DNA of 20,000 nt from Chiloscyllium plagiosum (lineage: Eukaryota). Shown here piece after piece: positions 10,304 through 19,807 of this stretch. The position numbers and the translations under genes were made by a program. Below the pieces are notes generated by a model that was not told where the DNA came from, searched no databases, and saw nothing but the letters and a program-made list of their open reading frames with translations. How positions within the stretch are numbered: the first letter of the stretch is position 1; each line of letters starts with the position of its first letter. The stretch lies in assembly GCF_004010195.1 (NCBI RefSeq), contig NC_057728.1, positions 52,831,996-52,851,995 on the forward strand, in the 5' to 3' direction.

Positions 10304-10484
10304 AAAATGGAATTATAACTCAAACCAGAATGCTACTGTTGATGTGACATAACAAATTGTTAGAAAATACTGTGCAGGAAAGCCCAGATTGTATTTGATT
10401 TTAAAGTTTAGAACCAAATGAAGCAGTGTAATAATTTTTATAATATTATTGATAAAAAAAATCAATATATCACCATTTAGCAGG

Positions 10485-10625
10485 TGACAGTTACGGCTCA
10501 TGCTCTTCCGTGAATCAGATGGTCATGGGTTCAAGCCCCACTCCGGAGATTTGAATCTAGGTCTACACTCCGAGGCAGTGCTAAGGGAATACTACATTAG
10601 CGAAGATGCCAACTTCCACATGAGG
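10485..10625 (+). mobile_element. Deu-domain (SacSINE1-like) SINE, 5' part
   Basis: tRNA-like head GAATCAGATGGTCATGGGTTCAAGCCCCACTCCGGAGA followed by CACTCCGAGGCAGTGCTAAGGGAATACTACATT. Homologous to 14815-14920. Confidence 0.7.
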
Positions 10626-10633
10626 ACTGGAAA

Positions 10634-10745
10634 AACCTGCACTAGTATTATATCTTTCACTACCTCAGGAGGTCTCACAGTACTTATTAGCCGATGAAAT
10701 GTTTTGAAGTGGAAGTGAGCACAGGGCTAATTTGTGAACAAGGCC
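10634..10745 (-). mobile_element. Deu-domain (SacSINE1-like) SINE, 3' tail in reverse orientation
   Basis: Its reverse complement resembles 17870-17950 (CACTTCAAAA..GTGAAAG..TGCAGGT). Confidence 0.55.
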
Positions 10746-10796
10746 TGCTGTAAGTTAAGACATGGGAACAGGGTATGTGAAAAAAAATGGTTGTAA

Positions 10797-11300
10797 CCTA
10801 CTCTGGGAAAGATGTTGCAAAACCTGAAAGGGTTCAGAAAAGATTTACAAGGATGTTGCCAAAATTGGAGGATTTGAACTATAGGGAGAGGCTGAATAGG
10901 CCATGACTGTTTTTCCTGGAGTGTCAGAGCCTGAGGTTTATAAAATCATGGGGGGCATGGATAGAACGAATATACAAGCTCTTTTCCTCAGGATAGGGTA
11001 GTCCAGAACTAGGGGACATAAGTTAAAGGTGAGAGGGGAAAGATTTAAAAGGGACCGAAAGGGCAAATCTTTCATGCAGAGGGTGGTGTGTATGGAATGA
11101 GTTGGTACAGAGGAAGTGGTGGAGGCTGGTACAGTTTTGAAAAGGCATCAGGATAGGTACATGAATAGGAAAGGTTTAGAGGAATATGAGCCAAATGCTG
11201 GCACATGGGACTAGATTAATTTAGGATATCTTGTCAGCATGATGAGCTGGGCTGGAGGATTTGTTTCCATGCTGTATATCTCTGTGATTCTATGACTATA
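10797..11300 (+). mobile_element. CR1-type LINE 3' fragment
   Basis: GKDVAKPERVQKRFTRMLPKLEDLNYRERLNR; tail GCTGTATATCTCTGTGATTCTATGACTAT. Confidence 0.92.
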
Positions 11301-11303
11301 AAC

Positions 11304-12035
11304 TAAGCACTGGACCCAGATGTACAGAGAGATCTGGATGTTCAGGTCCATTGTTCCTTGAAGGTGACAATGCAGGTCAATGGAGTGGTCAAGAAAGCAT
11401 ACGGCATGCTTTCCTTCATTGGACGGTGTATTGAGTAGCAGAGTTAGCAGTTCATGTTACAGTTGTATAAGTCTTTGGTTCGGCCACATTTGGAATACTG
11501 TGTACAGTTCTGGTCACTGCATTACCAAAAGGATGTGGATGCTTTGGAGAGGGTGCAGAAGAGGTTCATCAGGATGTTGCCTGGTATGGAGGGTGCTAGC
11601 TATGAGGAGAGGTTGAGTCAATTAGGATTATTTTCTTGGCAAGAAAGCTGTTGAGGCGGGACCTGATTGAGGCCTACAAAATCATGAGAGGTGTAGACAG
11701 GGTGGATGGCAAGAAACTTTTTTCCCAGAGTACAGGACTCATTTACTAGGGGTCACGAGATCAAAGTGAGAGGGGAAAAGTTTTGGGAAGATATACAGGG
11801 ACAGTTCTTCACCCAGAGGGTGTTGAGTGTCTGGAACGCATTACCACCGGAGGCGGTAGGGGCAGGAACAATAGCATCATTTAAGATGTATCTAGACAGA
11901 TACATGAATGGGTAGGGAGCAGAGGGATACAGATCCTTATAAAATAGGCGCAGGTTTAGATAGAGGATCTAGATCAGCGCAGGCTTGGAGGGCCGAAGGG
12001 CCTGTTCCTGGGCTGTAAGGTTCTTTGCTCTATGT
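11304..12035 (+). mobile_element. CR1-type LINE 3' fragment, different subfamily
   Basis: MLQLYKSLVRPHLEYCVQFWSLHYQKDVDALERVQKRFIRMLPGMEG and TRGHEIKVRGEKF..FFTQRVLSVWNALP. 3' end GGGCCGAAGGGCCTGTTCCTGGGCTGT..TTCTTTGCTCTATG. Confidence 0.95.
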
Positions 12036-12301
12036 CAAATCTGTGAATCATCCCCAGAGCTAAATGAAACAAACCAATCTCTCAACTGGGGATCATCTTG
12101 GATTCTAGACTATGTCCTCCTTCCTGGTGACACAAAACTCACCACTATCAAGAGTATTTTTGCCAACTTGTTTGACTTGTCAACTTGCTTCCAAAATTCT
12201 AGTTCAACTCCAAGTCAGTGAATGAGCAGAACAGTTGGCTGCTGCTGAAAGGTAAATGTAGGGAAGATGTTTCCACTTGCGGAGATCCATCAATAGTCAT
12301 A

Positions 12302-13212
12302 TTATAGAATCATAGCATAGAAGGAGACTTTCTAACCCACTGCAAGAGAAGCTTACTCCCCTGCTTAGATTCCACAGTCCTATAATTCTTTTAGCTTCAT
12401 CTAAGTATCCAATTCCATTTTGAAAACCATCTGTACTGTCATGCAGTCCGTTACCACTCACTGCATAAAGTCATTCACCACCATGCCTCCTCTAGTTCTT
12501 TGGATATTATGGCTGGGTTTCTACACTTCCACCAGCAGGAGCACAATTTTTTTTATCTCCAAGTTTGTCTGCACCTCAGGACTTTGAACACCTCTGTCAC
12601 AGCTCCTCTCAACATTCTTTTCACTGAAGAGAATAGTCCCAGCTTCCTCAATCCATCTACATAACTGAAATCTCTCATCCCTGGAGACAATTTTGTGAAT
12701 GTTTTTTGCATATCCACCAAAGCCTTCATATTTTTCCTAAAGTGTGATGGCTCAGAATTAGACATGCTACTTCAGGTGAGTCCAAACCAATTTTTTATTA
12801 AAGTCCAACATAACTTCCTTACTACATACCCCCATAACTCAGGAATTGTTATGCTTTATTAACTGCTTTCTCAACCTGCCTTGCTACCTTCAACAATTTG
12901 TGCACATATACCCACCAAGTCCTTTTGTTCCTGATCCCCCGAGAGTTGTATCTCTTATTTCATTTTGACTTTGCTCATTCTTCCAACTGAAATGTAGCAC
13001 ATTGCATTACTTTATCTTAAAGTTCATCTTTTAAATGTCTGCCCATTCTAGTATGAGTCCACATCCTCCAGAAGTCTGTCACTATTCTCCTTTTGGTTCA
13101 CAGTACATTAAAAGATATTGTGCAATCTGCACATTATGAAGTTGTGCCCTGCAGATGCTCATTAATATAGATTAAATAAAGCAGTGGTCTTAATGCCAGT
13201 CCCTGGGAAATT
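12302..13212 (-). mobile_element. Old CR1-type LINE fragment (RT core to 3' end)
   Basis: Minus strand SQGLALRPLLYLIYINE (cf. PQGSVLGPLLFLIYIND) and HFRKNMKALVDMQKTFTKLSPGMRDFSYVDGLRKLGLFS. Tail ATAGAATCATAG at ~12305. Confidence 0.85.
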
Positions 13213-13386
13213 TCACGATCATAAAGCACAATAGAGCACCTTCGGACATTGTGTTGTTTAATAGCCCTACATAAATGTAATTTATTGTGGTAAAAGTCTG
13301 GTGTCTCTTCGATTGCCATTCCCCAACTGAGCAGGTGTGTCATCCTACAATGGACACAGTTTTGTCCATTGATAGAAAATTAAAAC

Positions 13387-13710
13387 CATAGAGTCATTGA
13401 ATCCCTCTAGTGCAGATAGAGGCCTTTCGATCCATCAAGTCTGTACCAACCCTCTGAAGAACATCACCCACCCCTCCCCATAACCCCACACTTTCCATTG
13501 CTTGCACATCACTGGACACTGTGGGGCAATTTAGCATAGCCAGTCCACTTAAGTTGCACACCTTTGGAGTATGGGAGGAAACCAGAGCACCTGGCAGAAA
13601 CCAAGTTGACATGGGGAGAAGGTACAAACTTCACGTAGAGAGTTGCCTGAGGTTAGAAATCCCACATCCCTCGTGCTGTGAGGCAGCAGTGCTAACCACT
13701 GAGCCACCCA
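13387..13710 (-). mobile_element. HE1-like V-domain tRNA SINE with CR1-derived tail
   Basis: Minus strand head GGTGGCTCAGTGGTTAGCACTGCTGCCTCACAGC, V-like core GGTGCTCTGGTTTCCTCCCATACTCCAAAG, and CR1-like 3' end. Confidence 0.9.
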
Positions 13711-14009
13711 GAAGGGGAACAGCCTTGTCTGAGAACATCTTGCAACATAACATCATTTAAAAGGCATAATTAACAATAAATTAAATTTGGATGGATTCTT
13801 TTGTTCTCTTGTAATGCTGACTCCCTCTACTCTCTCAAGGATTTTCTAGATCTTCCAACATGTTCAACACAGGCTATTGTGGTACAAATGGAGGCAATAA
13901 AGCACTGGAGGCACAGCAGGGCAAGACCTAAGAGCTAGAGCTGTGGACTCCCCTCTGAGTCATAAAGAAAAACAGGAGATTTGGGCCTTAAAGCCAGGAA
14001 GGAAATGCC

Positions 14010-14383
14010 TTTTTCCTTTTCTTTCATGGGATTTGGGTGCTCCTGGCAAGACTTCTATTCCTATTCCCAATTCTCCATGCACTGAGTGGCTTGCCCTGCC
14101 ATTTCAGAGGGGAATTAAGAATCAACCACATTACTGTGGTGCTGGAGTCACATGTAGGTCAGACCAGGTGAGAACAGCAGATTTCCTTCCCTAAAAGACA
14201 CTAGTGAACCAGATGGGTTTTACAATAATCAATGGCAGTTGTCATGGTCACCCTTACCAACACCTGCTTTCTATTCTAGATGTATTGATTGGATATTAAA
14301 TTATGATGGTAGGATGTGTACCCTTGATCCGATCTGGGCCTCTGGATTACCAGACCAATAACTTTACCCTCGACCCCATCACC
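14010..14383 (-). mobile_element. tRNA-type SINE of a second family, near full length
   Basis: Core AAAACCCATCTGGTTCACTAGTGTCTTTTAGGGAAGGAAATCTGC..ACATGTGACTCCAG on the minus strand. Homologous to 14460-14650 and 14990-15295. Confidence 0.85.
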
Positions 14384-14459
14384 TGCAAATAAGTTTTTAT
14401 GTGTCAACTAGCTATTAGTCCTTTGTCTTCCAAACTGACATGATTTTGCAATTTAAAAA

Positions 14460-14650
14460 ATATCTTTTATAGGATCTGGATGTCGCTGGCAAGGCCAATA
14501 TTTATTGCCCATCTGTAACTGTCCCTGAACTGACTGGCTTGCCAGGCCATTACAGAGGACAATTAAGAGTTAAAACACATTATTGCAGGCCTGGAGTGGC
14601 ATATTGGCCAGACTGGTTAAGGATGGAGATTTCCTTCCATAGGAAATTAG
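14460..14650 (-). mobile_element. Same SINE family, 3' half
   Basis: GATGTCGCTGGCAAGGCCAATATTTATTGCCCATC..GGAGATTTCCTTCC aligns with 14025-14195. Confidence 0.8.
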
Positions 14651-14989
14651 AGAGGTAGAAGGGAATGGGATGAGAATCTTGTTTGTCAGACTAAACTAAA
14701 TGGTGAAATTAGGACACAAGGGGGCAGATTCAAACTAGCAAAAGACAAATTTAGTCTGCTGATGTCAAGAAGCTGTTCTTTACATGAAAGCCGAAGAAGT
14801 TGTTCATTAAGTCATGTCTGTGGATTTAGGATTTAAAATTCCACTCTAAACAATTAAGCATATAATCTATGTTAATGATTCACTGCAGTATTGAGGGAAT
14901 TCTGTACTGTTGGTCCTGTGGTCTTTTGGATGAGATATTAAACCAAGGCCCCCTTTGCTGTCTCAGGTGAAATTACAAGCCACTGGATT

Positions 14990-15295
14990 AGTGGGATTCA
15001 AATTTCACTATGGAAAGTTGGGGAATTTAATATCCACTTAAATCAATCTGGAATATAAAGTTATGGTGACCAGGATAATAGTATCAATTGTCATAAAACC
15101 CATCTGATTCACCACATGTATCAGGGAGGAAATTTGCCATCCTTACCTGATCCAGCCTAGATGCACAGCAATGTGGATGACTCTTAACCCTCTGATGGCC
15201 TAGCAAATCAATTAATTCAAGAGCAGTTAGGCATAGGTAAGAAATGCTGGCTTTGCCAATGACACACACACATCCCATGAAATGAAAAAAATAAT
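14990..15295 (+). mobile_element. Second-family SINE inserted into the Deu SINE
   Basis: TTGTCATAAAACCCATCTGATTCAC..CAGCAATGTGGATGACTCTTAAC..ATGCTGGCTTTGCCAATGAC..CATCCCATGAAATGAAAAAAA. Confidence 0.85.
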
Positions 15296-15328
15296 TTAAA
15301 ATGTCCTATTGTAAGAAGAGCAGGGGAG

Positions 15329-15930
15329 TGAATGAATGAGTGAATTATTTTATTGTCACATGTATTTTACAGTGAAAAAACAGTAAAATACAGTGAAAAG
15401 CTTTTCCACTGTCACCACAATCCAGTGCCATTTTGAATAGTTAGAAGAATAAAAAAAAGCTTAAAAAGAGTCCATCGGTCCTGAGCCAGCTCATCATCAA
15501 CAAGTTTGCACTGTCATCCCTCTCCCACTGCCTCACTGCCGTCTACACCAGACCCAATCATCATTGAAGTTGGCACCCTTCAGGCATCATCCTTCACACT
15601 GGGCCAATTCACTTCCACCACCCCCTCAACACCACCTGCGCTGGACCAACCAGTCACATGTCTTGCCAGAGGGCCCATCTTGTCAATGTCGGCCTGATGC
15701 CCTTCCACCACTGCTTTGCCGCCACCAGCACTGGACCCAGCCAATGATGAAGTCAGCGATCCTCAGGCACTATCTTTTGCTGCTGGGCCTACATCCCTAA
15801 CATCGTCTCTACTGATGAAGCAGCCGCTAAATCCAATGCCAGGTCCTGTGCTTGTCCTGGACAAATAAGTGAGGACTCACTCCCTGCCGCCACCAGGTCC
15901 ACGGTGGGTCCACTCGAATCCATGCTGGGA
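15329..15930 (-). mobile_element. Unclassified insertion: GC-rich body with Rex1-like 3' tail and (TTCA)n end
   Basis: Interrupts the Deu SINE. Tail is homologous to 7045-7145. No recognisable coding motif in the body. Confidence 0.45.
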
Positions 15931-16075
15931 CTTGTCCCTGGGTGTGTTCCTGCTAAACTGGCCAATATTTGTTCTTCATTCAATATCACTAAATTAACAG
16001 ACTTTCTTGCCATTGTCACAGTACTATCTGTGGGGGCTTGCTATGATCTTGGCTGCTGTGTCTCCCATATTACAA

Positions 16076-16470
16076 GAAATTCAATATCGAGAGATAGAAA
16101 GCAGGAGCAGGACAAGGTCATTCAGTTCATCGAAACCACTCATGTTGAACATTTCAACGTGATTATGGCTGATCCTTGATACAATCCTTACTCCTGTTCT
16201 CTCCCCACCCCACCCCCCACACCCCTTGACACCTTTAGGAGCCTATTTGCTTCTGAAATATATTTGGCGTCTTGGCCTCCACACCTACTGTGGTGGAAAA
16301 CCCCAGAGGTTCACCACACTCTGATTGAAGATATTGCTCCTTATCTCAATCTGAAACAACCTATACTTTACCTGAGATCATGTCCCCTTGTTCTGTACCT
16401 CTTGGCAGGGAAAACATCATCCCTCCTTCCAGTCTATCCAGACCTGTCAGAATTGTATACGTTTTAATCT
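16076..16470 (-). mobile_element. Old CR1-type LINE 3' end inserted into the Deu SINE
   Basis: Minus strand IKTYTILTGLDRLEGGMMFSL..TRGHDLR. Plus strand AGCAGGAGCAGGACAAGGTCATTCAG..ATTATGGCTGATC has the CR1 tail layout. Confidence 0.8.
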
Positions 16471-16914
16471 TGTTCAACAGATACATTATTGGCCATAAAG
16501 CACTTTGGGATGTTCTGAGATTGTAAAAACCCTTATGGAAAAGAAAGTCTTTCTTACAGTCATTGTTGTTATGGGGATATATGTTCATTATTACCACAAT
16601 TGTTAAGCAATGCAATGATATTATTGGTTCTTGAAAGCGATTGTGTAGATGGTTTGTACAAACTTTTAAAATTCTATCTACTTATCAGTTATGCATATCT
16701 TATCAAAACATCTGGACTAATGAGCCTCTGATTTGTGAATACCTTAAAAGTTCGCTTCTGAGTTACTGACTCTCCTTTGCAACAGTCTGAGATTTAGCCA
16801 GATTATTTGTAACCTTGGTCTCACATTTGAGGCTTAGGTGTGTTTCTGATCTTATATCTTGCTTTCACCAAGGCCATCTACAATTCCTTCTTGTTTTAGT
16901 TCACCTAATGGCAA

Positions 16915-17520
16915 AACCTGCCTTCCATCATAAAATCAAAAGTGGGGATATTCACTGATGATTGGGTTTTAGATTAGATTCCCTACAGTGTGTAAACAGA
17001 CCCTTCGGCCCAACCAGTCCACACCGACCCTCCGAAGAGTAACCCACCCAGACCCATTTCCCTCTGACTAATGCACCTAACACTATGGGCAATTTAGCCT
17101 GGCCAATTCACCTGACCGACACATTTTTGTGACTGTGGGAGGAAACCGGAGCACCCGGAGGAAACCCACGCAGACACGGGGAGAATGTGCAAACCCCACA
17201 CAGTCGCCCGAGGCTGGAATTGAACCTGGGACCCTGGTGCTGTGAGGCAGCAGTGCCACCATCACTCCTCAGATACTAACGTGTTCACCTCCAAATGCAA
17301 CAAGACCTCAGCCATATCCAGGTTTGGGCTGAGAAATAGCAAATAATATTCACAGTACAAGTATCAGTTAATGACTATCTCCAAAAGTAGAGAATCTAAC
17401 TATTTCCCTTGACATTCAGTGGCATTATCATCACTAAATCCCCCACTATTAACATTCTGAGAATTATCATTGACAAGAAACTGAACTGGACTAGCCATCT
17501 AAATATGGTGGCAACAAGAA
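16915..17520 (+). mobile_element. RT fragment of the second LINE family, interrupted by an HE1-like SINE
   Basis: LPSIIKSKVGIFTDD (16918-16962) before the SINE. After it, MQQDLSHIQVWAEK*Q..LTFSGIIITKSPTINILRIIIDKKLNWTSHLNMVATR. Confidence 0.85.
16966..17258 (-). mobile_element. HE1-like V-domain SINE, young and slightly 5'-truncated
   Basis: Minus strand GCACTGCTGCCTCACAGCACCAGGGTCCCAGGTTCAATTCC (B box), V core GGTTTCCTCCGGGTGCTCCGGTTTCCTCCCACAGTC, and (TCTAA)n tail. Confidence 0.95.
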
Positions 17521-17569
17521 ATATTGAGTACCACACTGTTAGTAGTGCTGTTGCATCAGTACCCATTAC

Positions 17570-17960
17570 TTGATGTTAAAGATGATGTTACTCGAGAAAG
17601 AGAATGATAACCGTCCCTGGGGTTCTGACAAATATGTATTTCTTAACCAGCATCTCATGTAGAGCAGATTATCTTGACATCAAAAAAAGAAGAAAATGCT
17701 GGAAAAACTCAGCAGGTCTGGAAGCAACTGGGGAGAAAGAGAGATACAGTTGCCACTTCAGGTGAATGACCTTTCATCAGAACAGTCTGGTCACATAACT
17801 CATTGATGTTTGTAGGAGCTCGTGGTGTGTAAATTGGCTAATGCATTTCTTATATTACAATAGTAACCACACTTCAAAACCCACTTTAGTGGGTGGGAAG
17901 CACTTTGGGACATAGTGACATCATGAAAGGTGCCTTACAAATGTAAGTTGCTTTTCTTTA
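17570..17960 (+). mobile_element. Deu-domain (SacSINE1-like) SINE 3' half, interrupted at 17681-17785
   Basis: CAGATTATCTTGACAT / TCTGGTCACAT..TGTTTGTAGGAGCTCG..AAATTGGCT..ATTACAATAGTAACCACACTTCAAAA..AAGCACTTTGGGAC..TGAAAGGTGCCTTACAAATGTAAG. Confidence 0.8.
17681..17785 (-). mobile_element. Short Penelope-related element with a hammerhead-like 5' end
   Basis: Minus strand CTGTT-CTGATGA-A-AGGT-CATTC-ACCT-GAAG-TGGC-AACTG. Plus-strand body AAAATGCTGGAAAAACTCAGCAGGTCTGGAAGCA as in the other copies. Confidence 0.75.
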
Positions 17961-18879
17961 TCACTTTTTTCAAGAAGGAAGCTCACACAATCTTTATAGG
18001 GTTATAAGGAGTGCACCTGTGTCTGAAACACAAACAGAAAAAATTCACCGAATGGAGCTATTTTTTGCAGAGGTCGAGAAATAAACTTAACACAAAGATT
18101 ACATTCGAATGATGGTATAAAATCTAAATGATTACCTTGTGCTATTCACAGGATCCTTTAGAATAATGAATGAACTTGTTCTCATATAGGGAATGTAAAG
18201 TACTTAACTTTGCATAATTATCACATCTCGTAGTCAGCCTTTAGGGCATGTATAGTGTCAAACGAGCAAAGAGTTTATCCTGATTTTGTTTTGTTCACTT
18301 TACCAGCCTGGGTTAGACTGGTTGCAAAAGAATCCACAAGCCCGCAGTTTGGAAAACACATTTAGTTTACAGTCAGCAATAAAATTCTCATCTGTTGATT
18401 AAAATGTTAACAACCAGAAAAGGTGATTTCTTTTAATTTCAATCCAGCTCATTGCCTCTGTGTGTTTTGATAAAACACCCACACTGTCTGGCCCTGACAT
18501 ATATCTGAGCAGTGATTCATGCTGTCTCTCCATCGCGTTATCAGCTACCCAGACATTCCTGCTACTACTTGCCTTTTGACAAAAGCAATCAAATCGAAAC
18601 TCTATAGCAACACTTGTGTCATTGTGTGGTCAGAAATAGCCTGGACCCCAGCAAGCATGTGGTGATGGTTCCTGCAACTTATCACAGCAAGCATCTTGCA
18701 AACCATTAAGACTCGGAGGAAGTTGCTTCTATTTACTGTGGATGAGCAACGCAGTCTTCGATGATTTGCTTATATAATATTCTTTTCATCTGGAAAAACT
18801 TTTCTTGGAAGGCAGCTGTTTGTAATGATTCAGTTAATGCCAATCTTAACTCCTCAAAGACACATCTTTTGTTAGCTTT

Positions 18880-19078
18880 GCTAACATTTTAATGAGTGCT
18901 TTGCATCTGCATTCACTGTAGCAAAAAATGATGAAGGTATAGAAATCAGAGCGGGGGACTGTGATATAATTGAATGAACTAGCGTTGAGAAAGATGCGGT
19001 ATTAGCAGTTCTAGCAGGCTTTAAAGTGAATAAATCCTCAGGCCAAGATGACATGTATCCCAGGCTGCAATGGGAGGA
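18880..19078 (+). mobile_element. CR1 ORF2 linker fragment
   Basis: (L)NECFASAFTVAK..EIRAGDCDIIE*TSVEKDAVLAVLAGFKVNKSSGQDDMYPRLQWE (cf. LKVDKSPGPDGIYPRLL). Confidence 0.8.
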
Positions 19079-19247
19079 ACCTTTAATAATGCCTTTGTTG
19101 TTAATTCCACAACCTACTCATGGTAATGACATCATTTCACCACCTTATTCCTTCTCCTTATTGTAGGAAACAAATGAGAAAATAAATTGTGAATTTAAAG
19201 CTTCATTAAACATTTCAGTCAAGCAATATCACAAGCAATATAATTAA

Positions 19248-19301
19248 CTGGGCCCTGACAACATTTCGGAAATAGTCCTGAAGACTTGTGCTCCAGAACT
19301 T
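19248..19301 (+). mobile_element. Small LINE ORF2 fragment (second family)
   Basis: GPDNISEIVLKTCAPEL. Confidence 0.6.
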
Positions 19302-19622
19302 GGGTCATTTGGATCAATGGGCTGAGAAGATAGAGTTTAATTTGAATAAAAGCAAGGTATTGCATTTTGTAAAACAAACAAGGGCAGGATTATACTATTA
19401 AAAATAGGGCCTTGGGTAGTGTTGTAAAACAAAACGACATTGGGGTTCTGGTACATAATTCTTTCAAGTTGGCATCACATTTAGACAGGGTGATTAAGAA
19501 AACATTTAGCACGCTGGCCTCCACTGCACAAACCTTTGAGTATAGGAGTTGGGACATCATGATGAGGTTGTATAGGATGTTGGTGAGGCCTCTTCTGGAA
19601 TACTGGTTATAGGAAGGATATT
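19302..19622 (+). mobile_element. CR1-type LINE ORF2 C-terminal fragment, truncated by the Penelope-like insertion
   Basis: LGSVVKQNDIGVLVHNSFKLASHLDRVIKKTFSTLASTAQTFEYRSWDIMMRLYRMLVRPLLEY. Confidence 0.9.
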
Positions 19623-19807
19623 GAGCTGAAAATGTGTTGCTGGAAAGGCGCAGCAGGTCAGGCAGCATTCAAGGAGCAGGAGAATCGAGTATAGGATGTT
19701 GGTGAGGCCTCTTCTGGAATACTGGTTATAGGAAGGATATTGAGCTGAAAATGTGTTGCTGGAAAGGCGCAGCAGGTCAGGCAGCATTCAAGGAGCAGGA
19801 GAATCGA
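19570..19807. repeat. Perfect tandem duplication, 2 x 119 bp
   Basis: 19570-19688 and 19689-19807 are identical by eye. Each unit is 53 bp of CR1 plus 66 bp of Penelope-like terminus. Confidence 0.95.

Larger units (their letters stand above)
14815..16556 (+). mobile_element. One Deu-domain (SacSINE1-like) SINE in four pieces: ~14815-14985, ~15298-15330, ~15930-16075, ~16475-16556
   Basis: Consecutive consensus-like blocks in order: GTCTTTTGGATGAGATATTAAACCAAGGCCCC..CTCAGGTG; TATTGTAAGAAGAGCAGGGGAGT; CTGGCCAATATTT..GTGGGGGCTTGCT..ATTACAA; ATTGGCCATAAAGCACTTTGGGATGTTCTGAG. Confidence 0.75.

Noticed and set aside
13810..13900. Possible ancient RT remnant (QHRLLWYK) or exon
   Set aside because: Similarity is too weak to support either call.
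17215..17258. tRNA gene (also 13665-13710 and 10500-10545)
   Set aside because: These are tRNA-derived SINE heads continuous with SINE bodies and do not form a full cloverleaf.
18737..18789. Possible minus-strand micro-exon (ttttccAG-MKRILYKQIIEDCVAHP-GTAAAT)
   Set aside because: Splice-like signals are weak and the peptide is not recognised; unsupported without RNA data.
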